From: Planctomycetota bacterium
GTDB taxonomy: Bacteria > Planctomycetota > PLA2 > JAEUHO01
Direction of reading: 5' to 3'
Assembly: GCA_050248855.1 (NCBI GenBank)
Contig: JBFWRP010000010.1
Location: forward strand, 99,008-163,007
Length of the DNA: 64,000 nt
The notes under the pieces are model-generated. The model worked only from the letters and a program-made list of their open reading frames with translations, was not told the DNA's origin and ran no database searches. Positions 8,927 to 20,920 of the stretch are shown piece after piece (position 1 is the first letter of the stretch; each line of letters starts with the position of its first letter). Made by a program: the position numbers and the translations under genes.

Positions 8927-11527
8927 TCACGCCCCGGCGGCTCCATGGCACTTCTTGTACTTCTTGCCCGAGCCGCAGGGACAGGGGTCGTTGCGCCCCA
9001 CCTTCGGGGCGTCGCGCTGGATCGGCTGCGGCGGCCCCGAAGGCGTCGAGCCGACCGGCGTGTCGTCGGTGCGACCGGCCGAGGGCGGCGGCGCCGAGAG
9101 CGAAACGCCGGTGCCGTGCTCGGGCGGGGCCACCGGTTCGGCATCCGACCAGCGACCCGCCAGCTCTTCCTCGGCTTGGCGCGAGAAGCGGACCTTGACC
9201 AGGTGGTCGGTGACCTCCTCGCGGATGCCGTGCATCATCGAGCGGAACATCTTGTGGCCTTCCACCTTGTACTCGACCTTGGGGTCCATCTGACCCCAGC
9301 TGCGCATGGTGATGCCGGCCTTGAGGCTGTCCATGGCGTGCAGGTGGTCTTTCCAGCGCGCGTCGATGGCGTTGAGCATCAGGAAGTGCTCCACGGCGCG
9401 CATCTCGTCGGCGCCCAGCTCCTTCTCCCGGCGCTGCCAGGCGTCCTGCGCCTTGGCAAAGAGCTTCTCCACGGTGGCATCCAGGTCCTGGATGGAGAGC
9501 TCCTCGCCCGTGCAGGCCACGCCGAAGCGGCGGCGGAACCAGCGGGCCACCTCTTCGGCGTCCCGATCGACGAAGGGCACGTGGGAGCCGAAGGCGTCGT
9601 CCACCTTGCGCTCGATCACCTCGCGCACGAAGGCGCGCACGATGCGCACCTGCTCGTCCACGTCGTGGTCGAGCAGGGTGTCGCGCAGGCCGTAGATCTG
9701 CCGGCGCTGCGTGTCCATGACCTCGTCGTACTCGAGGAGGTTCTTGCGGATCTCGAAGTTGCGCGACTCGACCTTCTTCTGCGCCTTGGTGATGGCCCGC
9801 GTGACCATCGGGCTCTCGATGGCCTCGCCGCCCTTGAGACCCATGCGTTGCAGGATCCGCCCCACCCACTCGGGGGCGAAGATGCGCATCAGGTCGTCTT
9901 CCAGGCTCAGGAAGAAGCGGCTGCTGCCCGGGTCGCCCTGGCGACCGGCGCGACCGCGCAGCTGGTTGTCGATGCGTCGGGACTCGTGGCGCTCGGTACC
10001 GATGATGTGCAGGCCACCCTTCTCGCGGACGCCAGGGCCCAGCAGGATGTCCGTACCGCGACCGGCCATGTTGGTGGCGATGGTCACGGCGCCGTCGCGG
10101 CCGGCCTCGGCGACGATCGTGGCCTCGCGCTCGTGATGCTTGGCGTTGAGCACGACGTGCGCCACGCCGCGGCGCCCCAACATGCCCGACACGCGCTCGC
10201 TCTTCTCGATGCTCGTCGTGCCCACGAGGATCGGCCGACCCGACGCATGGACCCGCTGGATCTCGTCGACGACGGCGGAGAACTTGTCCTTCTGCGTGGC
10301 GTAGATGAGGTCGTCCTGCTCGACGCGCAGCAACGGACGGTTCGTCGGGATGCTGACCACGTCCAGCTTGTAGATCGACCAGAACTCGCCGGCTTCGGTC
10401 ATGGCCGTACCGGTCATGCCCGCGAGCTTGTCGTAGAGCTTGAAGAAGTTCTGGTACGTGATGGTGGCAAGCGTCTGGTTCTCGGGCCGGGGGCGCAGGC
10501 CCTCCTTGGCCTCGACCGCCTGGTGCAGGCCATCCGACCAACGACGCCCCTCCATGAGGCGGCCCGTGAACTCGTCGACGATGATGACTTCGCCTTCCTT
10601 GACGACGTAGTGGACGTCCTTCTCGTAGATCCACCGCGCGCGCAGGGCCGTCTCGAGCAGGTGCAGCCACTCGGTCTCGCCCGCGTCGAAGAACTTGCGG
10701 CCGGCGAGCTCCTCGGCGCGCTCCAGGCCCTCGTCGGTGAGCACGCACTGGTGCTCCTTCTCCTTGACCTCGAAGTGCTCGTCCTTCTTCAGGCCCCGCG
10801 CGATGCGGTTGGCCTCCTCGTAGAGCGCGCGGTCGTCCTCGGCCTGGCCGCTGATGATGAGCGGCGTCCGGGCCTCGTCGATGAGGATGGAGTCCACCTC
10901 GTCGATGACGGCGAAGTGCAGGGGCTTCTGCACCTGCATCTCGCGGGTGACCTTCATGTTGTCACGTAGGTAGTCGAAGCCGAACTCGCTGTTGGTGCCG
11001 TACGTCACGTCGCAGGCGTAGGACGGCTGGCGGTCCCCGCTGTTCATCCACGACTGGATGAACCCGACCGTGAGACCGAGGGCTTCGTAGACCGGCCCCA
11101 CCCACTCGGCATCGCGACGCGCCAGGTAGTCGTTGACCGTGACCACGTGCACGCCCTTGCCCGCGAGAGCGTTCAGGTAGACGGCGAGCGTGGCGACCAA
11201 CGTCTTGCCCTCGCCCGTGACCATCTCGGCGATCGAACCCTGGTGCAGCACCCAGCCGCCCACCAGCTGGACGTCGAAATGGCGCAAGCCCAGTGCACGC
11301 TTGCTGGCCTCGCGGCAGGCGGCGAATGCCTCGGGCAAGAGGGCATCCAGCGTCTCGCCGTTCGCCAGGCGACGGCGGAACTCCTGGGTCTTGGCCTTGA
11401 GGCCCTTGTCGTCCAGCGCCTGCATGGCGGGCTCGAACGCGTTGATGCGCTCGACGATCGGGAGCACGGACTTGATCACGCGGTCGTTGCGCGTGCCGAA
11501 GACCTTCTTGAGGACGGAGCCGAACAT
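8927..11527 (-). CDS. secA: Preprotein translocase subunit SecA
   Basis: [72 protein letters not shown] and a C-terminal SEC-C motif [23 protein letters not shown] upstream. Confidence 0.98.
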   Translation of the reverse strand: MFGSVLKKVFGTRNDRVIKSVLPIVERINAFEPAMQALDDKGLKAKTQEFRRRLANGETLDALLPEAFAACREASKRALGLRHFDVQLVGGWVLHQGSIAEMVTGEGKTLVATLAVYLNALAGKGVHVVTVNDYLARRDAEWVGPVYEALGLTVGFIQSWMNSGDRQPSYACDVTYGTNSEFGFDYLRDNMKVTREMQVQKPLHFAVIDEVDSILIDEARTPLIISGQAEDDRALYEEANRIARGLKKDEHFEVKEKEHQCVLTDEGLERAEELAGRKFFDAGETEWLHLLETALRARWIYEKDVHYVVKEGEVIIVDEFTGRLMEGRRWSDGLHQAVEAKEGLRPRPENQTLATITYQNFFKLYDKLAGMTGTAMTEAGEFWSIYKLDVVSIPTNRPLLRVEQDDLIYATQKDKFSAVVDEIQRVHASGRPILVGTTSIEKSERVSGMLGRRGVAHVVLNAKHHEREATIVAEAGRDGAVTIATNMAGRGTDILLGPGVREKGGLHIIGTERHESRRIDNQLRGRAGRQGDPGSSRFFLSLEDDLMRIFAPEWVGRILQRMGLKGGEAIESPMVTRAITKAQKKVESRNFEIRKNLLEYDEVMDTQRRQIYGLRDTLLDHDVDEQVRIVRAFVREVIERKVDDAFGSHVPFVDRDAEEVARWFRRRFGVACTGEELSIQDLDATVEKLFAKAQDAWQRREKELGADEMRAVEHFLMLNAIDARWKDHLHAMDSLKAGITMRSWGQMDPKVEYKVEGHKMFRSMMHGIREEVTDHLVKVRFSRQAEEELAGRWSDAEPVAPPEHGTGVSLSAPPPSAGRTDDTPVGSTPSGPPQPIQRDAPKVGRNDPCPCGSGKKYKKCHGAAGA

Positions 11528-11608
11528 CGTGGAGGGGCACCTCGGGGTCGGAGGAGGGAGGACCGGGGCAGGCGCGAGGACCGCCACGGCCGGGGAGGCG
11601 ACGCGCGG

Positions 11609-12568
11609 TCAGCCGGGCATCTCCAACGTGCCGACGACCTCGCGCAAGGCCCCTGCCCCCAGCTCCGCGAGCCGGGACGGAAGCCCGTCGAGCACGTCCA
11701 GCACGGCGGTCGGACGGTAGAACGTCGCGGTGCCCACCTGGATGGCGCTGGCACCGGCAACGAAGAACTCCATGGCGTCGTCGGCGTCCTGGATGCCGCC
11801 GATGCCGATGATCGGCACGCCCACCGTCTCGTACAGCAGGCGCACGAGGCGCAGCGCGAGCGGCTTGATCGCCGGGCCGGAGAGCCCGCCGTACCCGCGG
11901 CCCAGCACGGGACGCCGACGGCGCCAGTCGATGGCCATGCCGACGTAGGTGTTGATGGCGCTGATGGCGGTGGCGCCCCCCGCGACGACCGCCTCGGCGA
12001 TCGGGCGGATGTCGGTGACGTTGGGCGACAGCTTGGCGATCAGCGGCAGGTCGGTGAGGGCGCGCACGCGCTCGACGAGCTTCCTGGCCAGCACGGGGTC
12101 CGTGCTGAAGTCCAAGCCGCGCGCCACGTTGGGGCAGGACATGTTCAGCTCGAGGGCGGCCACGCCGCGCTCGCGGGCGAAGCGCTCGGAGAGGGTGGCG
12201 AAGTCCTCCAGGTCGTGCCCGGCGACGTTGACCACCAGCGGCGTGCCCAAGTCGCGCAGCTGCGGCAGCACGTCGCGGATCCACACGTCGGCGCCGGGGT
12301 TGGCCAGCCCGATCGAGTTGAGCAGCCCCCCCGCCGTCTCGGCGAGGCGCGGTGGCGGGTTCCCGGCCCGCGGCGCGCTCGTGATGGTCTTCACGACCAA
12401 GCAGCCCAGGCGCGAGAAGTCGACGAAGGCCTGGGCCTCGAGGCCCTTGCCGAAGGTCCCCGAGCCGGTGCCGACGGGGTTGGCCAGCTCGAGCGAGCCC
12501 AGCCGCACGCGCAGGTCCACCGCCGTCGTGGCCGGGGCGGCAGGTCGTTCCCCGGCCGACGCGCTCAC
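11609..12568 (-). CDS. pyrD: Dihydroorotate dehydrogenase (family 1)
   Basis: GLLNSIGLANPG, ELNMSCPNV, KLSPNVTDI, GGLSGPAIKP and IIGIGGI. GTG overlaps the lspA stop. Confidence 0.93.
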   Translation of the reverse strand: MSASAGERPAAPATTAVDLRVRLGSLELANPVGTGSGTFGKGLEAQAFVDFSRLGCLVVKTITSAPRAGNPPPRLAETAGGLLNSIGLANPGADVWIRDVLPQLRDLGTPLVVNVAGHDLEDFATLSERFARERGVAALELNMSCPNVARGLDFSTDPVLARKLVERVRALTDLPLIAKLSPNVTDIRPIAEAVVAGGATAISAINTYVGMAIDWRRRRPVLGRGYGGLSGPAIKPLALRLVRLLYETVGVPIIGIGGIQDADDAMEFFVAGASAIQVGTATFYRPTAVLDVLDGLPSRLAELGAGALREVVGTLEMPG

Positions 12569-13158
12569 GAGGCGCTGCCCGCGGCGGCCGCCCGCTTGGC
12601 GGCCCGCGCCTTGTCGCGCTTGGCCGTGCTGCCGAACAGGGCGTCCCACATCACGAAGCCGACGCCCACGACGATCAGGCTGTCCGCGATGTTGAAGTTG
12701 GGCCACTTGAACGACTCGGCGCCGGGCTCGCCCGTGTAGACGAGGATGAAGTCGCGCACCTTGGACCAATGCCAGCGGTCCCAGAGGTTGCCGAGCGCCC
12801 CGCCGAGGATCATGGCCAGACCTACGTGCAGGAGGCGGCTGGGATTGCGGGTGGCGAGCAGCCAGGCCAGGAGGGCGAGGGTGGCCACGCCCGTGAGCGC
12901 CAGGATCTCGGTGGTGCGGTGCGCCGCCAGCCCGAAGGTGACGCCGGGGTTCCAGGCGCCCTCCCAGGCGAGGAACCCCTCGATCACCTCGACCCGCTGG
13001 GCGGCGGAGGGCACCGTGGGATCGGCATCCATCCCGAGGTAGTCCTCGAACCAGGCCTTGGACCCCAGGTCGGCCACCAGCCCCACGACGAGGACGAGCA
13101 GGGCAACCACCTTCAGGGTGCCGGAGGCGGTGGCATCGAGGTCGGGGGCGGTGTTCAT
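12565..13158 (-). CDS. lspA: Lipoprotein signal peptidase II
   Basis: DLGSK, WNPGVTFG, GGALGNLWDR, VRDFI and FNIADSLI motifs with about four hydrophobic helices. Confidence 0.92.
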   Translation of the reverse strand: MNTAPDLDATASGTLKVVALLVLVVGLVADLGSKAWFEDYLGMDADPTVPSAAQRVEVIEGFLAWEGAWNPGVTFGLAAHRTTEILALTGVATLALLAWLLATRNPSRLLHVGLAMILGGALGNLWDRWHWSKVRDFILVYTGEPGAESFKWPNFNIADSLIVVGVGFVMWDALFGSTAKRDKARAAKRAAAAGSAS

Positions 13159-13262
13159 GGGCGGGCGGAGGATACGCCTCCCCGGGGCGCTGCCCAAGGC
13201 GGGGGCCGGGGCTCGGGCCTTCAGGTGCGGGGCCCGGGGACCGTACTTCGGAGGGGAGGCCC

Positions 13263-14189
13263 ATGGCCGGCAACCATCCCCACGACCCCGCTTCCTTGCT
13301 GGAGGCCTGGCTTGACCACCTGCGCGTCGAGCGCGGTGTCTCGCCGCACACCCTCTCCGCCTACAGCGGGGACGTCCGGCGAGTGCTGGCCGCCGTGGGC
13401 ATCTCCGGGGATCGTCTCCACGAGGCGGGCGCGCTGGCCGATCTCGACGAGCCCGCGTTGCTCGGCTGGCTCGGTACCGAGCGGCGGCGGGGCGCCGCGG
13501 CGACCAGCCTCGGCCGACGGCTCTCGGCGCTCCGCGGCTACTTGGCCTTCGCGTCCAGCCTCGGCGCGTTGACGGGCGACCCGACGCGCCACCTCCCCTC
13601 GGGCCGGCGCTGGGAGCGGCTGCCCAAGGCCTGGACGCGCGAGCAGGTCGAACGCCTGCTCGAGGGCGTCCGCGGCGACGAGGCGCTGGCGCTTCGCGAT
13701 CGGGCGCTGCTCGAAGTGCTCTACGCCTCGGGCGCGCGCGTGGCCGAAGTCGTGGGCGCCGAGCTCAAGGACCTGCGTGCCGGCGACCGCATGCTGCGGC
13801 TCCACGGCAAGGGGGGCAAGACACGCTGGGCGCCGCTCGGCGAGCAGGCGCTCGAGCACCTCGAGACGTGGCTTGCCCGCGGCCGACCGCGCCTCGTGGG
13901 CGGCACCGACCCGGGCACGATCTTCCTCTCGCGCTCGGGCCGACCGCTGGACCGCCACCGCGTGTTCCGGATGGTGCGTGAACGCGCGGTGGCCGCCGGA
14001 CTTCCCGGCGCCCTCTCCCCCCACACGCTTCGCCACTCGTTCGCCACGCACCTCGTCGCCGGCGGCGCCGACCTCCGCGTGGTCCAGGAGCTCCTCGGCC
14101 ACGCCAGTGTCCAGACCACGCAGGTCTACACCCACGTCGACCCCGAGCGCCTGAAGCAGGTCCACACCAAGTTCCACCCGCGCGCGTAG
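13263..14189 (+). CDS. xerD: Site-specific tyrosine recombinase, XerD/XerC type
   Basis: VERGVSPHTLSAY, RDRALLEVLYASGARVAE, GKGGK, SPHTLRHSFATHL, DLRVVQELLGHAS, TQVYTHV and terminal HPRA. Confidence 0.88.
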   Translation: MAGNHPHDPASLLEAWLDHLRVERGVSPHTLSAYSGDVRRVLAAVGISGDRLHEAGALADLDEPALLGWLGTERRRGAAATSLGRRLSALRGYLAFASSLGALTGDPTRHLPSGRRWERLPKAWTREQVERLLEGVRGDEALALRDRALLEVLYASGARVAEVVGAELKDLRAGDRMLRLHGKGGKTRWAPLGEQALEHLETWLARGRPRLVGGTDPGTIFLSRSGRPLDRHRVFRMVRERAVAAGLPGALSPHTLRHSFATHLVAGGADLRVVQELLGHASVQTTQVYTHVDPERLKQVHTKFHPRA

Positions 14190-14274
14190 CACGGCGTCGG
14201 CTCGCGGTGCAGGCGGCGCCGGTCCGAATTCCTCGTTCCTGCCGGTGACGCGGCGTTCGCTGGGAGCGCGATTC

Positions 14275-14679
14275 CTAGCCTCGCCAGAGGGCGAGCTGGC
14301 AGACCCTCCGCATGTGTTGGAAGTCCGCGTCCGTCGTCATGAGCGTGAGGTCGTGACGCAGGCACAGCTGGGCCAAGAGTGCGTCGATCGTCCCGACTTC
14401 GATGCCCCGGCGTCGGCAGGCGTTGCGCAGACCTGCTGCCTCCACATGGTCCATGCGGTCGGGGACGACCACGGGAATCGCAGCGAAGTCATCGACGATG
14501 CGCTGCTTGGCCCGCGGCCCATGGAATCCCTGCAAGAGCTCTTGGAGCACGAGGCCTGTCGTGAAGACCAAGTCTCCGCCCTCGAGCGCATCGCGCAACG
14601 CATCGACCTCGGGCGAGTGCGGTGCGGCATCTCGGCGGAGGGCCAGCGACCAGACACTCGTGTCGACGAGGAGCCTCAC
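14275..14679 (-). CDS. vapC: VapC-family PIN-domain toxin
   Basis: LLVDTSVW, QELLQG, TIDALLAQLC and MTTDADF acidic PIN motifs, 134 aa. Confidence 0.9.
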   Translation of the reverse strand: MRLLVDTSVWSLALRRDAAPHSPEVDALRDALEGGDLVFTTGLVLQELLQGFHGPRAKQRIVDDFAAIPVVVPDRMDHVEAAGLRNACRRRGIEVGTIDALLAQLCLRHDLTLMTTDADFQHMRRVCQLALWRG

Positions 14680-14720
14680 GCAACGGTCTCACGAAGGCAT
14701 CTCGGCCTCACGCAGCCACC

Positions 14721-14921
14721 TCACCCACGCTCTCGCTCGGCCTTGTAGTCGTAGGACGGATCCCACTCCAAGGCCCCGAAGAGCTCCAGCACCTTCTTCT
14801 GCTCCCGGCGGGCAATGAACTCCTCCAGGGCCCGCGTCACCGCAGCCTTCTTCGTTCGTTCGCCGCTTACGGCGAGAGCGCGATCGATGAGACCGGGGTC
14901 GATGTCGAGGTTGGTAGCCAT
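14721..14921 (-). CDS. vapB: VapB-family antitoxin
   Basis: 66 aa, MATNLDIDPGLIDRALAVSGERTKKAAVTRALEEFI, directly upstream of the PIN toxin. Confidence 0.88.
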   Translation of the reverse strand: MATNLDIDPGLIDRALAVSGERTKKAAVTRALEEFIARREQKKVLELFGALEWDPSYDYKAERERG

Positions 14922-14950
14922 GTGTGATAGCCTACACAGCATTTCACACA
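14921..14950 (-). promoter_or_regulatory. vapBC promoter/operator: inverted repeat flanking an extended -10 element
   Basis: TGTGTGA (14921-14927) and TCACACA (14944-14950) form an inverted repeat. Minus strand TGTG-TAGGCT ends 7 nt before the ATG. Confidence 0.65.
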
Positions 14951-15058
14951 GACTCGAGCTGGCGATCGGACCGGCCGTGGGCCGCGTGACGCGGTGGGCT
15001 CCGGGCGCCCCGCGCGCGCCGGTCCCCCTCGGGGGAGCGGGAGCGTAGGCTCCCCGGC

Positions 15059-15724
15059 ATGCAGCTCTTCCTCGATACCGCCGACGTCGACGCCATCCGC
15101 CGCTACGCCTCGTGGGGCGTGATCGACGGCGTCACGACCAACCCCTCCCTGATCGCCCGCTCGGGGCGCGTGTTCGAGGAGGTGATCGAGGAGATCTGCT
15201 CGATCGTGGACGGGCCGATCAGCGCCGAGGTCACGGCGCTCGAGGCCGCGGGCATGGTCGAGGAGGGCGAGCGCCTCGCCGGCATCCACCCCAACGTGGT
15301 GGTCAAGGTGCCGCTGATTCCCGAGGGCCTCAAGGCCACCAAGGCGCTCTCGGCCCGCGGCATCCGCACCAACGTCACGCTCTGCTTCTCGCCGACGCAG
15401 GCGCTGTTGGCCGCCAAGGCCGGCGCGACGATGGTCAGTCCCTTCATTGGGCGGCTCGACGACCGCGGCGAGCGCGGTATGGCCCTTGTCGAGGACATCG
15501 TCACGACGTTCCGCGCCTACCCGCGCATCACGACGCAGGTGCTCGTGGCCAGCACGCGCCACGCCGACCACGTGCGGCAGGCCATGCTGCTCGGCGCCGA
15601 CATCTCCACCGTGCCACCCAAGCTGCTCGACCAGATGGTTGCGCACGACCTCACGGACAAGGGCCTCGCCGCCTTCCTCGAGGACTGGAAGCAGGCGCGT
15701 ACGGCGGTGCCGCAGCACGCCTAG
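15059..15724 (+). CDS. tal: Transaldolase / fructose-6-phosphate aldolase family
   Basis: [35 protein letters not shown] and [10 protein letters not shown]. Confidence 0.93.
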   Translation: MQLFLDTADVDAIRRYASWGVIDGVTTNPSLIARSGRVFEEVIEEICSIVDGPISAEVTALEAAGMVEEGERLAGIHPNVVVKVPLIPEGLKATKALSARGIRTNVTLCFSPTQALLAAKAGATMVSPFIGRLDDRGERGMALVEDIVTTFRAYPRITTQVLVASTRHADHVRQAMLLGADISTVPPKLLDQMVAHDLTDKGLAAFLEDWKQARTAVPQHA

Positions 15725-17559
15725 GCACCCCCCTCCTCCAGCCGCTCGCGGATGCGGCGCGCCACGTGCTCGCCGATCCCAGGCAGTGCTGCCACGTCCT
15801 CGAACGGGGCGCTGCGGATGGCCTCCACGCTTCCGAAGTGCGTGAGCAGGCGCCGACGCCGCGCGGGGCCGACGCCGGGGATGCCGTCGAGCGCGCTGGT
15901 GGAGAGCGTCTTGCCGCGGCGCGTGCGCTGGTAGCGACCTGCGAAGCGGTGGGCTTCGTCGCGCACGCGCACGAGGAGGCGAAGCGCGGGGTCGTCAGGC
16001 GCCAGCACGAGGGGCTCCTCATGCCCGAGGCGCACGATGCGCTCGTCGCTGCGCTGGGCGCCGCGCGTGCGGGCCTTGGCCAAGCCCACCATCGGCGGCA
16101 CGGCCAACCCGAGCGCCTCGAACGCCGCGGCGGCGGCCTCGAGCTGGCCGCGACCGCCGTCGATCAGCAGCAGGTCGGGGAGCGCGCCCAGGTGCTCTCC
16201 CGCCGCGAAGCGTCGGCCCACGACTTCGCGCATGCCCGCGTAGTCGTCGCCGCCCGCGGCCTCGCGGATCGCGAAGTGGCGGTAGGCGGCGCTGTCGGCC
16301 ACGCCCCCCACCAACACCGACATGCCCGCCACCGGGTCGGTGCCGCGTAGGTGCGAGAGGTCGTAGCCCTCGATGCGCTCCGGCGGCGCGTCGAGCTCCA
16401 GCACCTCCGCCAGGCGGCGCAGCGCCCCTTGGGCGGCGCGGGCCTTCTCGCCGTGCTCCTGCAGCGCTTGCTGCGCATGGCGCTGCGCGAGGTCCAGCAG
16501 CTCGCGGCCCGTGCCGCGGCGCGGGACCGCGATCGAAACGGGCCGCCCACGCCACTCGGCGAGCAGCTCGCCCAGGCCCTCGACGTCGTCGGGCAGCTCC
16601 TCCACGAGGACCTCGGCGGGGACGACCTTGCCGCCGGCGTAGAACTGGCCCAGGAGGGCGCCCAGCACGTCGCGCCGCGGCAGCGTCGTGCGCTCGGGCC
16701 ACGCGCGCGTGGCCACGACGTGGCCATCGCGCACGTAAACGATGGCGATCATCGTGACGCCGCCTGCCGCGGCCACCGCGATCACGTCGCGGTCCTTGCC
16801 GTCGGGGCTCACGACCTCCTGGCGGGCGAGCGCGCCTTCCAGCGCGTCCGCGCGATCCCGCAGCACGGCGGCCTTCTCGAACTCGAGCCGCTCGGCCGCG
16901 GCGTGCATCTCGCGACGCAGCTCGTCGAGCAGGCCGTCGTCGCGGCCGCGCAGGACGGCGACCGTGCCGTCCACCAGGGCCTTGTAAGCCGGCTCGTCGA
17001 CAAGGCCCACGCACGGCGCCGCACAGCGCCCGATCTGGTGATACAGGCAGGGCCGCGTGCGCTCTTCCAGCTCGCGGTCGCTGCATGTACGCAGGGGGAA
17101 CAGGGTGCGCAGGAAGCGCAGGGTGCGACGCACCGACTTGGCGCTGGCGAACGGCCCCAGGTAGAGCGCCTTGTCGCGCTTGACCTTGCGCACCAGGGTG
17201 AGGCGCGGGAAGGGGTGCCGACGGTCCACGCGGACCAGCAGATACGCCTTGTCGTCCTTGAGCCGCAGGTTGTAGGGCGGCTTCTCCTGCTTGATGAGCG
17301 TGTTCTCGAGGAGCAACGCCTCCTCGGGCGTCGCCGTGGGCACGACGGACACGTCCACGGCGCGTCGCATGAGCAGGCGCACGAGATGGCGACCGTCGCC
17401 TGCGCCGAGGTAGCCGCGCACGCGGCTGCGCAGGTTGGCCGCCTTGCCCACGTAGAGCACGCGCCCGTGCGCGTCGAGCCAGCGGTACACACCCGGGCCC
17501 GTGGGCAGGTTGGCGACGCGGCGCTTGAGCTCGTCGGACGGGGCGGGGCTCGCGCTCAC
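15721..17559 (-). CDS. uvrC: Excinuclease ABC subunit C
   Basis: GIY-YIG start ([19 protein letters not shown]), [12 protein letters not shown], Cys cluster, [30 protein letters not shown] and C-terminal HhH motifs. Confidence 0.96.
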   Translation of the reverse strand: MSASPAPSDELKRRVANLPTGPGVYRWLDAHGRVLYVGKAANLRSRVRGYLGAGDGRHLVRLLMRRAVDVSVVPTATPEEALLLENTLIKQEKPPYNLRLKDDKAYLLVRVDRRHPFPRLTLVRKVKRDKALYLGPFASAKSVRRTLRFLRTLFPLRTCSDRELEERTRPCLYHQIGRCAAPCVGLVDEPAYKALVDGTVAVLRGRDDGLLDELRREMHAAAERLEFEKAAVLRDRADALEGALARQEVVSPDGKDRDVIAVAAAGGVTMIAIVYVRDGHVVATRAWPERTTLPRRDVLGALLGQFYAGGKVVPAEVLVEELPDDVEGLGELLAEWRGRPVSIAVPRRGTGRELLDLAQRHAQQALQEHGEKARAAQGALRRLAEVLELDAPPERIEGYDLSHLRGTDPVAGMSVLVGGVADSAAYRHFAIREAAGGDDYAGMREVVGRRFAAGEHLGALPDLLLIDGGRGQLEAAAAAFEALGLAVPPMVGLAKARTRGAQRSDERIVRLGHEEPLVLAPDDPALRLLVRVRDEAHRFAGRYQRTRRGKTLSTSALDGIPGVGPARRRRLLTHFGSVEAIRSAPFEDVAALPGIGEHVARRIRERLEEGGA

Positions 17560-17566
17560 GGGCGGC

Positions 17567-19681
17567 TCACGCGTCCTCGTTGGCCGAGGCCTCCACGCCT
17601 TCCTCGCCCGAGCCACGCAGCAACAGCAGGCGCTCGGCCCGGCGCAGCTGGTCGCGCAGCTTGGCTGCATCCTCGAAGCGCAGCTCCTGGGCCGCTTGGC
17701 GCATCTCGGCCTCCAAGCGCGCACGCTCGGCGGCCAGCGCCTTGGAGCCCTTGGGCATGGCTTGGGCCCCGGCCTCGGCCAGCTCGACGTAGTCGCGCTC
17801 GGCGTAGACCTCCCCCACCGTGTCCCGCACCGCCCGCCGCGCCGATGTCGGCGTGACACCGTGCTCGGTGTTCCACGCCGTCTGCCGGCTGCGTCGGCGC
17901 TCCATCTCGGAGAGCGCCCGGCGCATCGAGTCGGTGACCGTGTCGGCGTAGAAGAGCACGCGTCCGTTCACGTTGCGGGCCGCGCGCCCCGAGACCTGCA
18001 CCAGGCTGGTCTCGCTGCGCAGGAACCCCTCCTTGTCGGCGTCGAGCACCGCCACGAGCGTGACCTCGGGCAGGTCCAGACCCTCGCGCAACAGGTTGAT
18101 GCCCACGAGCACGTCGAAGAGCCCCAACCGGAGGTCCTTGAGGATCTCGGCACGCTCGAGCGTGCTGATGTCGCTGTGCATGTAGCGGGCCTTCACCCCG
18201 ATCTCGGTCAGGTGCTCCGTCAGGTCCTCCGCCATGCGCTTGGTGAGGGTGGTCACGAGGACGCGCTCGTCCGCTGCGACGCGCTTGCGCACCTCTTCCA
18301 GCAGGTCGTCGACCTGCCCGCGCGCCGGGCGCACCTCCACGGGCGGGTCGACCAGCCCGGTGGGGCGGATCACCTGTTCCACGATGTGCGGGCCGGCCTG
18401 CAGCTTCTCCCAGGCGCCGGGCGTGGCGCTGACGAACAGCGTGCGGTCCACGCGCTCCCAGAACTCCTCGCCCGTGAGAGGTCGGTTGTCCAAGGCCGAC
18501 GGCAGGCGGAAGCCGTACTCCACGAGGTTCAGCTTGCGGCGGCGGTCCCCGGCGTACATGCCGCCGATCTGCGGCACGGCCACATGGCTCTCGTCCACCA
18601 CCAGCAGGAAGTCCTCGGGCAGGTAGTCGAGCAGCGTGGCCGGCGCCTCGCCCGGTCGACGCCCGTCCAGATGCCGCGAGTAGTTCTCGATGCCCGGACA
18701 GAATCCGGTCTCCCGCAGCAGCTCGAGGTCGTAGCGCACGCGACGGGCCAGACGGTCTGCCTCGACGATCTTCTCGGCGCGGCGTAGCTCCACCAGGCGC
18801 TTGTCGAGCTCGAGGCGGATGCCCTCGATCGCGGACTGCAGCGCCTCCTCGCTGTTCATGTAGTGGCTCGACGGGAAGAACGAGGCGGCGGGCCGGCGGC
18901 CCAGGACCTCGCCCGTCACCAGGTCGACTTCCTCGATGCGCTCCACCTCGTCTCCGAACCACTCGATGCGCAGCACGCGGTCGTCGGCATCGGCCGGCCC
19001 GACCTCGACCACGTCGCCGCGCACGCGGAAGCGCCCGCGCCCCGGCTCCATGTCGTGGCGCTCGTAGCGGATGCGCACGAGGCGTCGCAGGAACACGTCG
19101 CGATCGATGCGGTCGCCCTCCTCGACCCACACGTGGTAGTCGCGGTAGGCGTCGGGCGAGCCCAGGCCGTAGATGCAGCTGACGCTGGCCACGATCAGCA
19201 CGTCGCGCCGGGTCAGGGCGCTCTTGGTGGCGGCGTGCCGCATGCGATCGATGCGGTCGTTGATGCTGGCGTCCTTCTCGATGTAGACGTCGCGCGTCGG
19301 AAGGTAGGCCTCGGGCTGGTAGTAGTCGTAGAAGCTGACGAAGTACTCGACCGCGTTGTGCGGGAAGAGCTCGCGCATCTCGTCGAACAGCTGCGCGGCC
19401 AACGTCTTGTTGGGGGCCAAGAGCAGCGTCGGTCGGTCCAGCTGCGCCACGACGTTGGCTACCGTGAACGTCTTGCCCGAGCCTGTCACGCCCAGCAGCA
19501 CCTGCCGGCGCACGCCGTCGTGGTCGGCCTGGACGAGGGCACGGATGGCCGCCTCCTGGTCGCCCGAGGGGACGAAGCGGGTCGTCAGGCGGAAGCCCGC
19601 GGGCGTGCCCGGCGGCGGGCGCTCGCCGCCGCGACGCGCGGCCCCCGAGCCGGCGGACGGGTCGTCGGCCGCGGGGCGCAT
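17567..19681 (-). CDS. uvrB: Excinuclease ABC subunit B
   Basis: [52 protein letters not shown] and GRAARN. The exact start is uncertain. Confidence 0.97.
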   Translation of the reverse strand: MRPAADDPSAGSGAARRGGERPPPGTPAGFRLTTRFVPSGDQEAAIRALVQADHDGVRRQVLLGVTGSGKTFTVANVVAQLDRPTLLLAPNKTLAAQLFDEMRELFPHNAVEYFVSFYDYYQPEAYLPTRDVYIEKDASINDRIDRMRHAATKSALTRRDVLIVASVSCIYGLGSPDAYRDYHVWVEEGDRIDRDVFLRRLVRIRYERHDMEPGRGRFRVRGDVVEVGPADADDRVLRIEWFGDEVERIEEVDLVTGEVLGRRPAASFFPSSHYMNSEEALQSAIEGIRLELDKRLVELRRAEKIVEADRLARRVRYDLELLRETGFCPGIENYSRHLDGRRPGEAPATLLDYLPEDFLLVVDESHVAVPQIGGMYAGDRRRKLNLVEYGFRLPSALDNRPLTGEEFWERVDRTLFVSATPGAWEKLQAGPHIVEQVIRPTGLVDPPVEVRPARGQVDDLLEEVRKRVAADERVLVTTLTKRMAEDLTEHLTEIGVKARYMHSDISTLERAEILKDLRLGLFDVLVGINLLREGLDLPEVTLVAVLDADKEGFLRSETSLVQVSGRAARNVNGRVLFYADTVTDSMRRALSEMERRRSRQTAWNTEHGVTPTSARRAVRDTVGEVYAERDYVELAEAGAQAMPKGSKALAAERARLEAEMRQAAQELRFEDAAKLRDQLRRAERLLLLRGSGEEGVEASANEDA

Positions 19682-19694
19682 GGCCGGGGCCCGC

Positions 19695-20837
19695 TCAGCG
19701 TTCGGCGGCGGCCGCCGCGTCGGCCTCGGCGTCGCGCTCGGCCTGCTCGCGGGCGGCGCCATCGTGGAACGCGTCCCACGGCGGCAGCGGGTCGTTCTTC
19801 CAGTAGCCCTCTTGCCACCAGAGCGTCCAGCGCTTGGCCACAGCCATCACCGTGCTCCCCGGCGTGTTGTGGCGCAGCGGGTCTTCCATCTCGAAGCGGC
19901 GCTCCATCCAGCCGTCGATCTTGCGCAGCGTGCTGTCCACGGCCGCGGCGATGGAGCGGAACTCGTTGTTGCGCGGGCCGTCTTCGAAGTTGTTCGATTC
20001 GTCGGCCAGGCGCTTGAACTCGCTGACGAGGCGCACGGCCACCGGGCGGCCCTGCTTGACGAACCACTCTTCGGCCTCGCGACCGTCGCGTCCACCGCGG
20101 CGGATGCCCTCGATGTGCGTGTCGGCCTCGGTGCGGATGGCCGCGTCGACCTCCTCGGGCCAGTCGAACACCTGGAGCTCGACGCGGTTGGCGTTGAGGC
20201 GAGGCTTGCGCGACGTGCCGCCGGACGTGGTGTTCGGCGGCGGGACGTTCGGGGGCGGTGCGGCGGGCGTGGTACCCGTCGGCGCTGGCGCGGGGCCTGC
20301 GGTGCCGGTGGGCAGGGGCGTGCCCGGCAGCGGAGCGGGCGTCGGGCCTCCGGGCAGCGGCGCGACCGTGGTGCCGCTCGTGCCACTTCCGGACGCCGTT
20401 TCCGTGGTGGTGGTCGTGTCGTCCTTCTTGCCCTGGAGCGCGATGACCGCCACGATCGCGCCGACCACGAGGGCGGCGATCAGCAGGATGAGCCCCGTGG
20501 GGCTGCCCTGCTTGCGTGCGTGACGACTGCGGCGCCCCCCGTCGTCCTGGTCGTCGTAGTCGTCCTGGCGGGAGCGACCCCGCGAGCGGGAGGGGGCCGC
20601 CGAGCGGGAGGGGGCCGCCGAGCGGGAGGGCGCGCTGCGCACCCCCGAAGCCCGACCGCGCGAGCTGCCGCGGCGCGAGGGGGCCGCGGGGGCGGCCGGC
20701 GCCGCGGGCGCCGCGCGCCCGCCGAAGTCGGACAAGTCCATGACCGTGCCGCAGCTGGTGCAGGCGAACGTCGCCGGCGGGTTGGGCGGCAGACGGAACC
20801 GCTTCTCGCACGACGGACACTGGACGACCTGGGACAT
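19695..20837 (-). CDS. N-terminal zinc-ribbon, single-TM membrane protein with Pro/Thr-rich linker and extracytoplasmic domain
   Basis: [14 protein letters not shown]...FACTSCG gives two CxxC, followed by a basic/acidic linker and TM helix [23 protein letters not shown] upstream. Confidence 0.75.
   Translation of the reverse strand: MSQVVQCPSCEKRFRLPPNPPATFACTSCGTVMDLSDFGGRAAPAAPAAPAAPSRRGSSRGRASGVRSAPSRSAAPSRSAAPSRSRGRSRQDDYDDQDDGGRRSRHARKQGSPTGLILLIAALVVGAIVAVIALQGKKDDTTTTTETASGSGTSGTTVAPLPGGPTPAPLPGTPLPTGTAGPAPAPTGTTPAAPPPNVPPPNTTSGGTSRKPRLNANRVELQVFDWPEEVDAAIRTEADTHIEGIRRGGRDGREAEEWFVKQGRPVAVRLVSEFKRLADESNNFEDGPRNNEFRSIAAAVDSTLRKIDGWMERRFEMEDPLRHNTPGSTVMAVAKRWTLWWQEGYWKNDPLPPWDAFHDGAAREQAERDAEADAAAAAER
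20584..20630. repeat. 18-bp coding tandem repeat (about 2.6 copies) encoding SAAPSR
   Basis: GAGCGGGAGGGGGCCGCC twice plus a partial copy, inside the zinc-ribbon gene. Confidence 0.75.
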
Positions 20838-20920
20838 GGGCACCTCGCTACGACGGGGTCGGGCGAAGCATCCTACCTGCCGTGGAGGCGTCCAGGTGCG
20901 GAGCCCCGTAGAGTGGGCGC

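Noticed and set aside
11609..12568. Family-1 pyrD without an adjacent pyrK
   Set aside because: pyrK can be encoded elsewhere, so nothing can be concluded from one window.
13263..14189. Integrase of a prophage or island
   Set aside because: Length and motifs match housekeeping XerD/XerC, and no phage genes or att repeats were seen.
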